DNA of 32,000 bases from contig JBNKZU010000038.1 of the NCBI GenBank assembly GCA_050301795.1, positions 19,363 to 51,362 of the forward strand, given 5' to 3'. The DNA comes from Thiohalomonadaceae bacterium. GTDB taxonomy: Bacteria; Pseudomonadota; Gammaproteobacteria; Thiohalomonadales; Thiohalomonadaceae. Both the position numbers and the translations under genes were made by a program. The notes beneath the pieces were generated by a model. The model made no database searches. It was not told where the DNA came from and saw only the letters and a list, made by a program, of their open reading frames with translations. Positions 7,363 to 17,401 of this stretch are shown here, piece by piece (position 1 is the first letter of the stretch; each line of letters begins with the position of its first letter).

Positions 7363-8529
7363 ATGTCAGTTTGTATGCTTCGCAATCTCTTAATCACTAT
7401 CCTGCTGTTTCTATCATCAAATATCCTTCTTGCTGAAGAGGATTCAGAGCAGCGCTGGTATAGTGTTGAAATCATTATCTATGAGCAACCCGATGACTAC
7501 CGTTGGGATGGTGAGCGCAACACCACCATAATTACTTCAGCCACACTTGAGAATATGGTAGAGCTCAAGCCCTATAAACTGACCCCAACACCACTAGAAA
7601 TAGAAGATCCAGCAATAGTCACGATTGAGGGTGAACAGGTATTAACAGAGCAACCTCAAACCGATGCACAAATTAAAGAACCCACTGATGTCGCGTCTAC
7701 TACTGTCGAAGCTACAGAAGAAAACGTAGAACCTTTTCAGTGGCCTGAGCCGTTCTCGATCCCCGATTCTGACCAATTCCTTTTAAATGAATACGCCCGC
7801 AAAATCAAAGAGAGCACCCAACTCAAATTACTGTTACATACCGCCTGGCAACAGCCAGGACTAGCCAAGGAAGAGGCCGTTGCAGTTCATGTCCATGACG
7901 CTATTATCAATGAAGTTATGGATCAGGAGCCACCTACTCCGATGACCGAAGCAGAAGTTAATAAAGAGCCAGAAGAGCTAAATGCAAACCCTGAACCTGA
8001 GACTGCGCCATCAGAAACAGTACCAGGCCAGAGTGAATCGGAATCAATTCAGGAAGCGAATAACGACAATCAATCATCACTGCCAGATGAGCAACAAGAT
8101 TCAGAAACACAGACTCAAGAAGATGCCGAAGTCGTAACTCTGTTTGATGAGGTCTATCAACAACAGGACAACCAGACAGATTCTAAAGATAAACAGAAAA
8201 GAGATAGCATAGATGGCTCCATCACAGTGCGCCTATCGCGTTATCTCCACATGGATATCGATCTAACCTATACCATAAAAGAAGAGCGGCCTGTACAAAC
8301 ACATAACGATAAAACAGCACTAAAGCTATCAGCAGCGACAGAAAGCCCAAAACTCTATTCAACGCTAATGGCAGCAAATATAACGTCAGGAAAACCGATA
8401 AAATATCGGCTGGTGCATTCAAGAAAGATGCGCAGTAAAGAGATACACTACATCGACCATCCCAAAATTGGGATCATTGCGCTAATCACCCCTATCGAAC
8501 CACCTGAGCCAAAGACTATTGGAGATTGA
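7363..8529 (+). CDS. CsiV-family (DUF2803) periplasmic peptidoglycan-binding-like protein with a long acidic low-complexity insert
   Basis: Signal peptide MSVCMLRNLLITILLFLSSNILLA. Family-like motifs RWYSVEIIIYEQ, LLLHTAWQQPGL, RYLHMDIDLTY and SRKMRSKEIHYIDHPKIGIIALI. The ATG directly abuts the response-regulator TAA (TAAATG). Confidence 0.55.
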   Translation: MSVCMLRNLLITILLFLSSNILLAEEDSEQRWYSVEIIIYEQPDDYRWDGERNTTIITSATLENMVELKPYKLTPTPLEIEDPAIVTIEGEQVLTEQPQTDAQIKEPTDVASTTVEATEENVEPFQWPEPFSIPDSDQFLLNEYARKIKESTQLKLLLHTAWQQPGLAKEEAVAVHVHDAIINEVMDQEPPTPMTEAEVNKEPEELNANPEPETAPSETVPGQSESESIQEANNDNQSSLPDEQQDSETQTQEDAEVVTLFDEVYQQQDNQTDSKDKQKRDSIDGSITVRLSRYLHMDIDLTYTIKEERPVQTHNDKTALKLSAATESPKLYSTLMAANITSGKPIKYRLVHSRKMRSKEIHYIDHPKIGIIALITPIEPPEPKTIGD

Positions 8530-8564
8530 CTCCTCTCATAATTCATTTGAAAGGTAGTTGGTAG

Positions 8565-8590
8565 GTTGGGCTGAACCTGTGAAGCCCAAC
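8565..8590. terminator. Hairpin at the convergent CsiV-like / MTA phosphorylase junction (possible bidirectional terminator or REP-like element)
   Basis: GTTGGGCT-(10 nt)-AGCCCAAC, a perfect 8-bp stem extendable by about 3-4 more pairs into the mtnP stop codon. No T-run. Confidence 0.4.
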
Positions 8591-9334
8591 TTATACACTG
8601 ACAATCACTGTTTCTAGCAACTTACGCACATCTTCCATGCCACCTTTGAGGTAACGCTCGATCATCTCCATTGTGATCTCTTCATCGATGATGCCGGCGG
8701 CCATGTTGGCGACTACTGATATAGCGGCGTAACAGAGATCTAACTCTTTGGCGAGTGCAGCTTCCGGCATGGCAGTCATGCCAACCAGGTCGCAGCCATC
8801 TCTTTCGAGACGCTTTATTTCAGCAGCCGACTCAAGCCTTGGTCCTTGTGTTGCAGCATAGACACCTTTATCAAATACATTGAGTCCACACTGCGTTGCA
8901 GCTTGCAGTATCTCTTCTCGAAGTGTCTGACAGTATGGCCAAGTAAAATCGATATGTGTGACCTCTGTTAGTCCCTCTTCAAAGAAGGTGCCTATCCTTG
9001 AATGTGTGTAGTCAATGATCTGATCCGGAATGATGACCTTTCCTGGTGTCATGTCACGATGGATAGCACCAACAGCATTAACAGCGATTACTTTTTTAGC
9101 CCCGCTATTTTTCAGCGCCCAGATATTGGCGCGATAGTTTATTTTGTGTGGCGGTATGGTGTGTTTGTCACCATGTCGTGGCAGGAACAGAATCTGCCTT
9201 CCAGCAATCTCTCCGTATGAAAGAGGTGCTGATGGCTCACCATACGGTGTGTTGACCGAGATACTATTAACAATCTTCAAACCCTTGAGTGAATCAAGAC
9301 CTGTCCCACCTATTATTGCCAGATCAACCATCAT
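8591..9334 (-). CDS. mtnP: S-methyl-5'-thioadenosine (or methylthioinosine) phosphorylase, PNP family 2
   Basis: MMVDLAIIGGTGL…LPRHG…H.IPPHKINYRANIWALK…GPRLESAAE…GCDLVGMT, typical of MTAP. The substrate (MTA versus MTI, as in Pseudomonas PA3004) cannot be decided by eye. Confidence 0.8.
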   Translation of the reverse strand: MMVDLAIIGGTGLDSLKGLKIVNSISVNTPYGEPSAPLSYGEIAGRQILFLPRHGDKHTIPPHKINYRANIWALKNSGAKKVIAVNAVGAIHRDMTPGKVIIPDQIIDYTHSRIGTFFEEGLTEVTHIDFTWPYCQTLREEILQAATQCGLNVFDKGVYAATQGPRLESAAEIKRLERDGCDLVGMTAMPEAALAKELDLCYAAISVVANMAAGIIDEEITMEMIERYLKGGMEDVRKLLETVIVSV

Positions 9335-9885
9335 TACATTCCTCTTACGGCATAGATGCCAGGGGCATTACGAAGATACTCTTTATAATCCATGCCAAAT
9401 CCAAAGAGATACCGATCTTCGGTTTCCACTCCAACATAGTCGGCCTCTATCCCAGCATTGCGATCATGAATTTTTTTAACTAACACTGCACTGAGAACCT
9501 TTGTGGCACCGGCATTATGGCAATAGTCAATGATCGCCTTTAGGGTATCACCGACATCCAGAATGTCATCGACGATTAGTACTGTTCTTCCTTCGAGTGA
9601 CCTTGTTGGTTCAGCAATCCAGTGGATGGTATCCCCCTCAGTTTTGCCGCGATAACGTGTTGCATGGAGATAGTCGATCTCCAATGGAAAATCGAGGTGA
9701 CTTATCAGTATTCCAGCAGGGATAATTGCACCGGATAGAACGGTAATCACAATCGGGTTTTCATCTTTGAGATCTTCGGTGATTGTATTTGCCATAACCT
9801 TGATGGCTTCTTCAATCTCTGCTCTTGAATAGAGACAGTCGGCTTCCTGATAGACCTTTTCGGCCTCTTTTGTACTTATACTCAT
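9334..9885 (-). CDS. hpt: Hypoxanthine-guanine phosphoribosyltransferase
   Basis: PRPP-binding motif TVLIVDDILDVGDTL. 183 aa, type-I PRT layout. Its stop overlaps the mtnP start by 1 nt (TAATG). Confidence 0.75.
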   Translation of the reverse strand: MSISTKEAEKVYQEADCLYSRAEIEEAIKVMANTITEDLKDENPIVITVLSGAIIPAGILISHLDFPLEIDYLHATRYRGKTEGDTIHWIAEPTRSLEGRTVLIVDDILDVGDTLKAIIDYCHNAGATKVLSAVLVKKIHDRNAGIEADYVGVETEDRYLFGFGMDYKEYLRNAPGIYAVRGM

Positions 9886-10997
9886 ACCTGCCCTTCAGAG
9901 GGAATGCTTGGTTGGTGTGATTGCAGATGAACTGTCGATGTCGGAAATGCAAATTCAGCATTATGTCCTTCAACGATATCAATGATCTTTAACAGAACAT
10001 CCTGTTTGACGTTGTGATACTCAATCCAGTTGGTTGTTTTTGTAAAGGTATAAACAAAGAACTCCAGTGAGGATGATGCAAACTTGTTCAGGTTAACAAT
10101 AAGTGTTTGGGTACTATCAATATCCGGGTGTTCTTTTAACATCGCCTTGATATCCTGAATAATCGTTCCGACCTTTGATGCATCATCATAACGTATGCCG
10201 ATGTTTTCATAGATGCGGCGATGGCTCATTCTTGAAGGATTTTCGACAGCGATATTTGCAAAGGTTGCATTAGGGATATAGAGCGGCCGCTTGTCAAAGG
10301 TGCGGATCACTGAGAGTCGCCACCCAATCTTTTCAACGGTTCCTTCGATATCGCGATCCGGAGATCGGATCCAGTCGCCGATCTTAAATGGTCGGTCGAG
10401 ATAGATCATCAGGCCACCAAAGAAGTTGGCCAATAGATCCTTGGCGGCAAAGCCAACTGCAATACCACCCATTCCGCCAAAGGCAAGAATGCCTGAGACA
10501 CTGAAGCCGAGGGTTTGTAGTGCCATTAGTATTGAGGTGATAATCACAGAGAGGCGTATCAGTCTGGTCACAGCCTCGACTGTATGCATATCGAGACTTT
10601 TACCCTCTTCTATTGCCTGTCTGACCAGGTTATCACTTGCAGATTGGATTAAACGTAACAGAAACCAGGTAAAGGCGATAATGACGCCAACGTATCGGAT
10701 CGATTCAAGGGCGTCAAAGATAATGGAATGACTACTCTTGGCAACAATAGCCGCAGCAAAGGTTATTCCGACCAGCCATATAATTAAGGTCAATGGTGGA
10801 TTTATCGCAAAGTGGAAAGCGTCATCCCATATCTGAACTGTTTTGGTGATACGCGCGTGTATGCGTCTTAAAATAAACTTTTGAAAAAAGTCGAGCAGTA
10901 GCGTAAGAAAAACTACAGTAAAGACCTGAAGTACCAATGCTGTGGTACCCTCCTGCTCAAAGACTGCATTAATTGCTTGAAGTATTGAGTCCATCAC
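9882..10997 (-). CDS. MscS-family small-conductance mechanosensitive channel
   Basis: N-terminal TM helices, then the pore and beta-domain motif LAFGGMGGIAVGFAAKDLLANFFGGLMIYLDRPFKIGDWI…GTVEKIGWRLSVIRT. 4-nt overlap with hpt. Confidence 0.85.
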   Translation of the reverse strand: MMDSILQAINAVFEQEGTTALVLQVFTVVFLTLLLDFFQKFILRRIHARITKTVQIWDDAFHFAINPPLTLIIWLVGITFAAAIVAKSSHSIIFDALESIRYVGVIIAFTWFLLRLIQSASDNLVRQAIEEGKSLDMHTVEAVTRLIRLSVIITSILMALQTLGFSVSGILAFGGMGGIAVGFAAKDLLANFFGGLMIYLDRPFKIGDWIRSPDRDIEGTVEKIGWRLSVIRTFDKRPLYIPNATFANIAVENPSRMSHRRIYENIGIRYDDASKVGTIIQDIKAMLKEHPDIDSTQTLIVNLNKFASSSLEFFVYTFTKTTNWIEYHNVKQDVLLKIIDIVEGHNAEFAFPTSTVHLQSHQPSIPSEGQV

Positions 10998-12049
10998 TAA
11001 AAACCGAAATCAAATTCTAAAGGCTCATGTAACTCCATTTTATGAAGTGCCTTAATTGCCTGATGCCAAGCTTTGCTGCCATGTAATTGATCAAAGGTTG
11101 TTTTATGTCGGCCATGGAGCCTGACAAGTCGTGCCGAAAGCACAGGGTCAGGTTGATACTCCAGACCATCAAGTAGTTCATCAACCGCAGTGCTGTCATT
11201 ACACACTAAAACCATATCGCAACCGGCTTTCATGGCCGCTTTGGCGCTGGCAACAACATTTCCGGCAACACGCGCACCCTCCATGGATAGATCGTCGCTA
11301 AATATCACGCCTTGAAAACCCAGCTCTTTTCTTAAAATCTCTTGTAACCAATAGCGTGAAAAACCAGCGGGATTATGATCAACCTTCTCATAGACCACAT
11401 GTGCTGGCATGATGCCGTCTAGTCCGTGTCTAATCATACGTTCAAAGGGAACCAGATCATCCATGCGAATATCTCCAAGAGATCGATGATCAACAGGAAG
11501 GTCGGTATGTGAATCCTCTCCAACACCACCATGACCAGGAAAGTGTTTTCCGACAGCCGCCATTCCTGCGTGTTTCATTCCCTTCATAGTGTGATTGGCA
11601 ATATCACTGACGATATCGGGTTGGCGATGGAAGGCACGATCGCCGATCACACTACTTATCCCAAAATCAATATCAAGAACCGGTGCAAAACTAAAATCGA
11701 CACCAACCGCACGAAGTTCTGTTGCAAGAACCCATCCTGCCGTTTCCGCGAGATTCCTGGCGCGACGACGGTCAATATCGTATATCTTTCCAAACTCAGC
11801 GGCAGCCGGGATATGTGTGAAGCCATCTCTAAAGCGTTGTACCCTTCCCCCTTCATGATCGACAGCGATCAGAAGTGGTTTACGATTGACTTGATGGATG
11901 TCATTAATAAGCGCTTCAAGCTGTTGATGATCCTGATAGTTCCGACTAAATAGAATGACACCGCCAACCAGCGGGTGGATCAGTCGCTCTTTCTCAATCT
12001 CTGTAAGCGTTAGACCGCCAACATCGATCATTACTGGCCCAAGACTCAT
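10997..12049 (-). CDS. nagZ: Beta-N-acetylhexosaminidase NagZ (peptidoglycan recycling)
   Basis: MSLGPVMIDVGGLTLTEIEKERLIHPLVGGVILFSRNY…IAVDHEGGRVQRF…KHFPGHG…DSH, GH3 NagZ signature. 1-nt overlap with the downstream channel gene. Confidence 0.9.
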   Translation of the reverse strand: MSLGPVMIDVGGLTLTEIEKERLIHPLVGGVILFSRNYQDHQQLEALINDIHQVNRKPLLIAVDHEGGRVQRFRDGFTHIPAAAEFGKIYDIDRRRARNLAETAGWVLATELRAVGVDFSFAPVLDIDFGISSVIGDRAFHRQPDIVSDIANHTMKGMKHAGMAAVGKHFPGHGGVGEDSHTDLPVDHRSLGDIRMDDLVPFERMIRHGLDGIMPAHVVYEKVDHNPAGFSRYWLQEILRKELGFQGVIFSDDLSMEGARVAGNVVASAKAAMKAGCDMVLVCNDSTAVDELLDGLEYQPDPVLSARLVRLHGRHKTTFDQLHGSKAWHQAIKALHKMELHEPLEFDFGF

Positions 12050-12061
12050 CTCTGTCCTCGT

Positions 12062-12556
12062 CTATTCATCAATAATTTCAACTCTGCAACCCACATCAGT
12101 TTTATCAAAGAGATCAATTAGATCATGATTCCGCATTCGGATACAACCATGCGATGCAGCCACTCCAACAGGTTCGCTATCAGGAGTCCCATGAATGTAG
12201 ATATAGCGCCGCATTGTATCAACATTACCGAGTCTGTTCTTTCCCGGCTCTAATCCACTCAGCCATAAAATTCTCGTCAAAATCCAATCGTCTTTTGGAT
12301 TGTGAATCTTCTCATTATAGATCTCTCCAGTAGCTCGCCTGGCTTTGAAAATCGATCCTAGTGGGAGTCCGGCTCCAATCTTGGCACGGATGATGTGTAA
12401 ACCACGAGGAGTGCAACCACTTCCATTCATCTCCCCTGCGCCATTGCGTGCAGTAGAAACAGGATAAGAGCAAATCAGTTTTTGCCCATCAAACAGATCC
12501 AGACTCTGTTTGCGAATAGAGATCACGATATGGTGCAATGACAAAACTCCTACCAA
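12062..12556 (-). CDS. L,D-transpeptidase (YkuD domain) protein
   Basis: Catalytic motif IYIHGTP…AASHGCIRMRNHDLIDLF. Confidence 0.8.
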   Translation of the reverse strand: MVGVLSLHHIVISIRKQSLDLFDGQKLICSYPVSTARNGAGEMNGSGCTPRGLHIIRAKIGAGLPLGSIFKARRATGEIYNEKIHNPKDDWILTRILWLSGLEPGKNRLGNVDTMRRYIYIHGTPDSEPVGVAASHGCIRMRNHDLIDLFDKTDVGCRVEIIDE

Positions 12557-13017
12557 TCCTTATAGGGGTGTTTTGCAAGGCAATGGTTATAATATCGGGG
12601 ATCATCAGAGACCTCATCGCCTAACCATGATGGTGAATTGAAGGCTTCATCTTTATGTGCCAACTCGATCTCAGCAATAATAAGGCCGTGATTATCACCC
12701 TCAAACTCATCAACCTCCCATTTATGGTTATTGTCGTTAATGATATAGCGCGTTTTTACAATTTGAGGTTTAGCGCATAGCTGCTCAAGCATCTCTTTGG
12801 CTTCATTCAGTGGAATCGGATACTCATATTCAGAGCGGCAGATGCCGATCGTTGCGCTTTTAATATTAATATTAGCGCAGTCGCCCTCAATCCTTACTCG
12901 CACTGAGGCTTGATCAGAACCGATTAAGTAGCCCTGATGAAAACGCACGCCTTGTGTAGCGGAATCTCTCCAACCATCACTTTTTACCAGAAATTTACGT
13001 TCGATTTCTGTCGCCAT
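12550..13017 (-). CDS. CYTH-domain protein (triphosphate tunnel metalloenzyme; class IV adenylate cyclase / triphosphatase-like)
   Basis: N-terminal ExExK signature (MATEIERKFLV). 155 aa single-domain size. WEVDEF and IAEIEL strands typical of CYTH. 7-nt overlap with the L,D-transpeptidase gene. Confidence 0.75.
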   Translation of the reverse strand: MATEIERKFLVKSDGWRDSATQGVRFHQGYLIGSDQASVRVRIEGDCANINIKSATIGICRSEYEYPIPLNEAKEMLEQLCAKPQIVKTRYIINDNNHKWEVDEFEGDNHGLIIAEIELAHKDEAFNSPSWLGDEVSDDPRYYNHCLAKHPYKDW

Positions 13018-13094
13018 AACGCTGTCTCGATTAACCTGTAAGTGATCGTATGATACCTTTTAGAATAGTAATAATGCCATAGGCGAGTGATTTG

Positions 13095-13454
13095 ATGAAA
13101 AAGCGTAATACCCCTGAATACATCACCAAAGATGGATCATTGATTCGAGAACTACTTCATCCGGCAATTCATAATGATGTCACCAAACAATCACTAGCAC
13201 AGGCCACTATTCAACCGGGAGAAACAACACTACGGCATTCTCATCAAAAAACAGAGGAGATCTACTATGTGCTTCAAGGTGAGGGGAAGATGCATCTAGG
13301 GGATGAATCGTTTGATGTCTGTGTCGGGGATTCGGTGGTAATTCCCCCTAAATATCTGCACTCCATTACAAATATTGGCACTGTTGAATTGATCATACTC
13401 TGTTGTTGCTCACCACCATATCAGCATAGTGATACAGAGATAATGAACGAATGA
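13095..13454 (+). CDS. Cupin-domain protein (cupin_2 type)
   Basis: Two-motif cupin pattern (GETTLRHSHQKTEEIYYVLQGEG … GDSVVIPPKYLHSITN). I prefer the ATG at 13095 over the adjacent TTG at 13092. Confidence 0.7.
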   Translation: MKKRNTPEYITKDGSLIRELLHPAIHNDVTKQSLAQATIQPGETTLRHSHQKTEEIYYVLQGEGKMHLGDESFDVCVGDSVVIPPKYLHSITNIGTVELIILCCCSPPYQHSDTEIMNE

Positions 13455-13477
13455 GATTGGATACCTCAATCGTTTTA

Positions 13478-13996
13478 TCAAAACAGCGATATATTCAAAC
13501 CAATTCCACTAATGATTGAATAATTAACACCAACGACAACAGAGCCGCCAATCGCCATTTTATATCCGATTAAAAAGTCGAGATCCTGATCTTTAGAGCG
13601 GTTATTACAGTACGATTCGCCACTGCTATTTGAGATAGCAATATCGCACGTTTCATAAAGATGTACGGCAGCACCTAATGCGATCTCACCTTTCTCTAAT
13701 GTTGTGTATTTAATCAATCCTATAGCTATTGGCTCAGAGTAATAGCCACGTTTCTGTTTTATGGTCACATTGGAGTCGGAAGTCGAGGTTTGATGATCCA
13801 GGTTGGCTATTGAGTCTGGAAGAAATCCATAATAGATACCGACCGTGCCAAAACGCATCTCAGCAGTATAGAAATTTTGAGAATATTCACCACCACCGGA
13901 CACGCCCAATGAAAAACGGTTTGTCGATTCTTCTGCAATCAGCGGAGTTGTAAATAGTGTCAATGAAAGGATGTGCAGCTTGAAGTGTTTAATCAT
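13478..13996 (-). CDS. Small secreted protein, probable 8-stranded outer-membrane beta-barrel
   Basis: Signal peptide (MIKHFKLHILSLTLFTTPLIA). Alternating hydrophobic and Gly/Tyr-rich strands (FSLGVSGGGEY, GTVGIYYGF, IGGSVVVGVNY). C-terminal …GLNISLF, ending in Phe as in OMPs. No family recognised. Confidence 0.45.
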   Translation of the reverse strand: MIKHFKLHILSLTLFTTPLIAEESTNRFSLGVSGGGEYSQNFYTAEMRFGTVGIYYGFLPDSIANLDHQTSTSDSNVTIKQKRGYYSEPIAIGLIKYTTLEKGEIALGAAVHLYETCDIAISNSSGESYCNNRSKDQDLDFLIGYKMAIGGSVVVGVNYSIISGIGLNISLF

Positions 13997-14056
13997 GATA
14001 ATCCTGAAACTTTATCTCAGGAACAGAATACCTACCAAGACTGAATCGAGAATGAA

Positions 14057-14599
14057 TTATCTTTTGAGTTGTGTTTTAAAGAGACTTTCGAGCTTTTTTA
14101 ACTTTGGCGAGATGATCGCCTGGCAATAGCCTTGTTGCGGATTGTTATCATAATAATGCTGATGATACTCCTCAGCAGGATAGAACTTCGGCGCCATTGC
14201 TACCTCTGTCACAACAGGATCGAGCCAAATATTTCTCTCATCTAGCATGGTAATGATCAGTTTTGCGATATAAAGCTGCTCCTCATTGTAGCAATAGATG
14301 ACAGAGCGATACTGCGTTCCGACATCGGCACCTTGTCGATTTAATGATGTTGGATCGTGCATGATGAAAAAGATAATAAAAATCTGCTGATAACTGATTA
14401 TTTCGGGATCAAAGGTTATCTCAACCACCTCAACATGATTGGTATCTCCTTGACAGACTTGTTGATAGGTTGGGTTCTCTAGCTCACCACCGGCATAGCC
14501 AGAGACAGCGGAAACGACGCCATCAATACGATTAAACGCAGACTCAATACACCAAAAACAGCCACCACCGAGTAATATCTTTTCTAGCTGCTTAGTCAT
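14057..14599 (-). CDS. msrA: Peptide-methionine (S)-S-oxide reductase MsrA
   Basis: GGGCFWCIESAF active-site motif, GYAGG, HVEVVEITFDP, DPTSLNRQG.D.GTQYRS. Confidence 0.9.
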   Translation of the reverse strand: MTKQLEKILLGGGCFWCIESAFNRIDGVVSAVSGYAGGELENPTYQQVCQGDTNHVEVVEITFDPEIISYQQIFIIFFIMHDPTSLNRQGADVGTQYRSVIYCYNEEQLYIAKLIITMLDERNIWLDPVVTEVAMAPKFYPAEEYHQHYYDNNPQQGYCQAIISPKLKKLESLFKTQLKR

Positions 14600-14602
14600 A
14601 TT

Positions 14603-16612
<2,010 letters not shown>

Positions 16613-17401
16613 TTAGTCGTTAATACCACTAAAGTTTTCACCTACGCTTCTCATGGAGGCCTTAATAGAGTCGTCCAGCGGCTCACGCTCACGTGTGATA
16701 ATCTTTCCGGATACTCGATCTGCAATACGCTCACAAACGCTTATTAGTTCTTCTACAGCTTCTGTACCATCAATCACTGTAGGTAGTTGCAGAAACGCCA
16801 TAACGCCAGGTGTTGAGAAGTGATCCAGGTTGTTGATATCGAAGCTGCCTGGCTCTTGAATATTAGCAATACTGATGATCGCTTTACCCTGATACATACG
16901 GTGAAAGATATCCATATCACCGAAGACAAAGCCACTCTCTTCCATAAGTTCTCTAAGTGTTTTACCCTCTATTGGTGACTCTTTAGAGGCAATAACAGCT
17001 AATGAGAGCACTTGTGGTTCGATTGCCGATTCACTATCTGTTTCTTCATGATCTTCTGGCTCATCTTCGATCACTTCTTCAGCCATCTCTGGTTCATTAT
17101 CGTAATCATCAGTGTCGTTCTGTTGAATATCAGATGAAGGCTCTGGATTTATCTCATCCTCAAGCGGATCGATGTTGTCATCTGTGCTGAGGTTTTCGTC
17201 ACTTTTTAATGAATCTATCGCATCAACATCAAGTGGTTCATCACGAGTTGCAAAGAGTGGATCGTTATCATCGTGTAACAAAGGATCATCTTTATGATTG
17301 AATTTTGCTTTTATCCTCTCCTTTCGCAAACGATCAATCACAATGATGGTTGCCACTACGACAACCCCGATGATAATGAGCGTGACTCGAAGGTAATCCA
17401 T
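16613..17401 (-). CDS. zipA: Cell division protein ZipA (acidic rather than P/Q-rich linker)
   Basis: N-terminal TM anchor (LRVTLIIIGVVVVATIIVI), charged region, and a C-terminal FtsZ-binding domain (…GFVFGDMDIFHR…GSFD…F.TPGV..FLQLP). Sits in smc-zipA-ligA order. Confidence 0.85.
   Translation of the reverse strand: MDYLRVTLIIIGVVVVATIIVIDRLRKERIKAKFNHKDDPLLHDDNDPLFATRDEPLDVDAIDSLKSDENLSTDDNIDPLEDEINPEPSSDIQQNDTDDYDNEPEMAEEVIEDEPEDHEETDSESAIEPQVLSLAVIASKESPIEGKTLRELMEESGFVFGDMDIFHRMYQGKAIISIANIQEPGSFDINNLDHFSTPGVMAFLQLPTVIDGTEAVEELISVCERIADRVSGKIITREREPLDDSIKASMRSVGENFSGIND

Noticed and set aside
11531-11953. 140-aa and 87-aa ORFs antisense to nagZ. Similar antisense or off-frame ORFs occur at 9002-9483, 10426-10731, 14640-16391 and 17474-20645.
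   Set aside because: All lie within strongly supported genes (nagZ, mtnP/hpt, mscS, ligA, smc) and show no recognisable domains.
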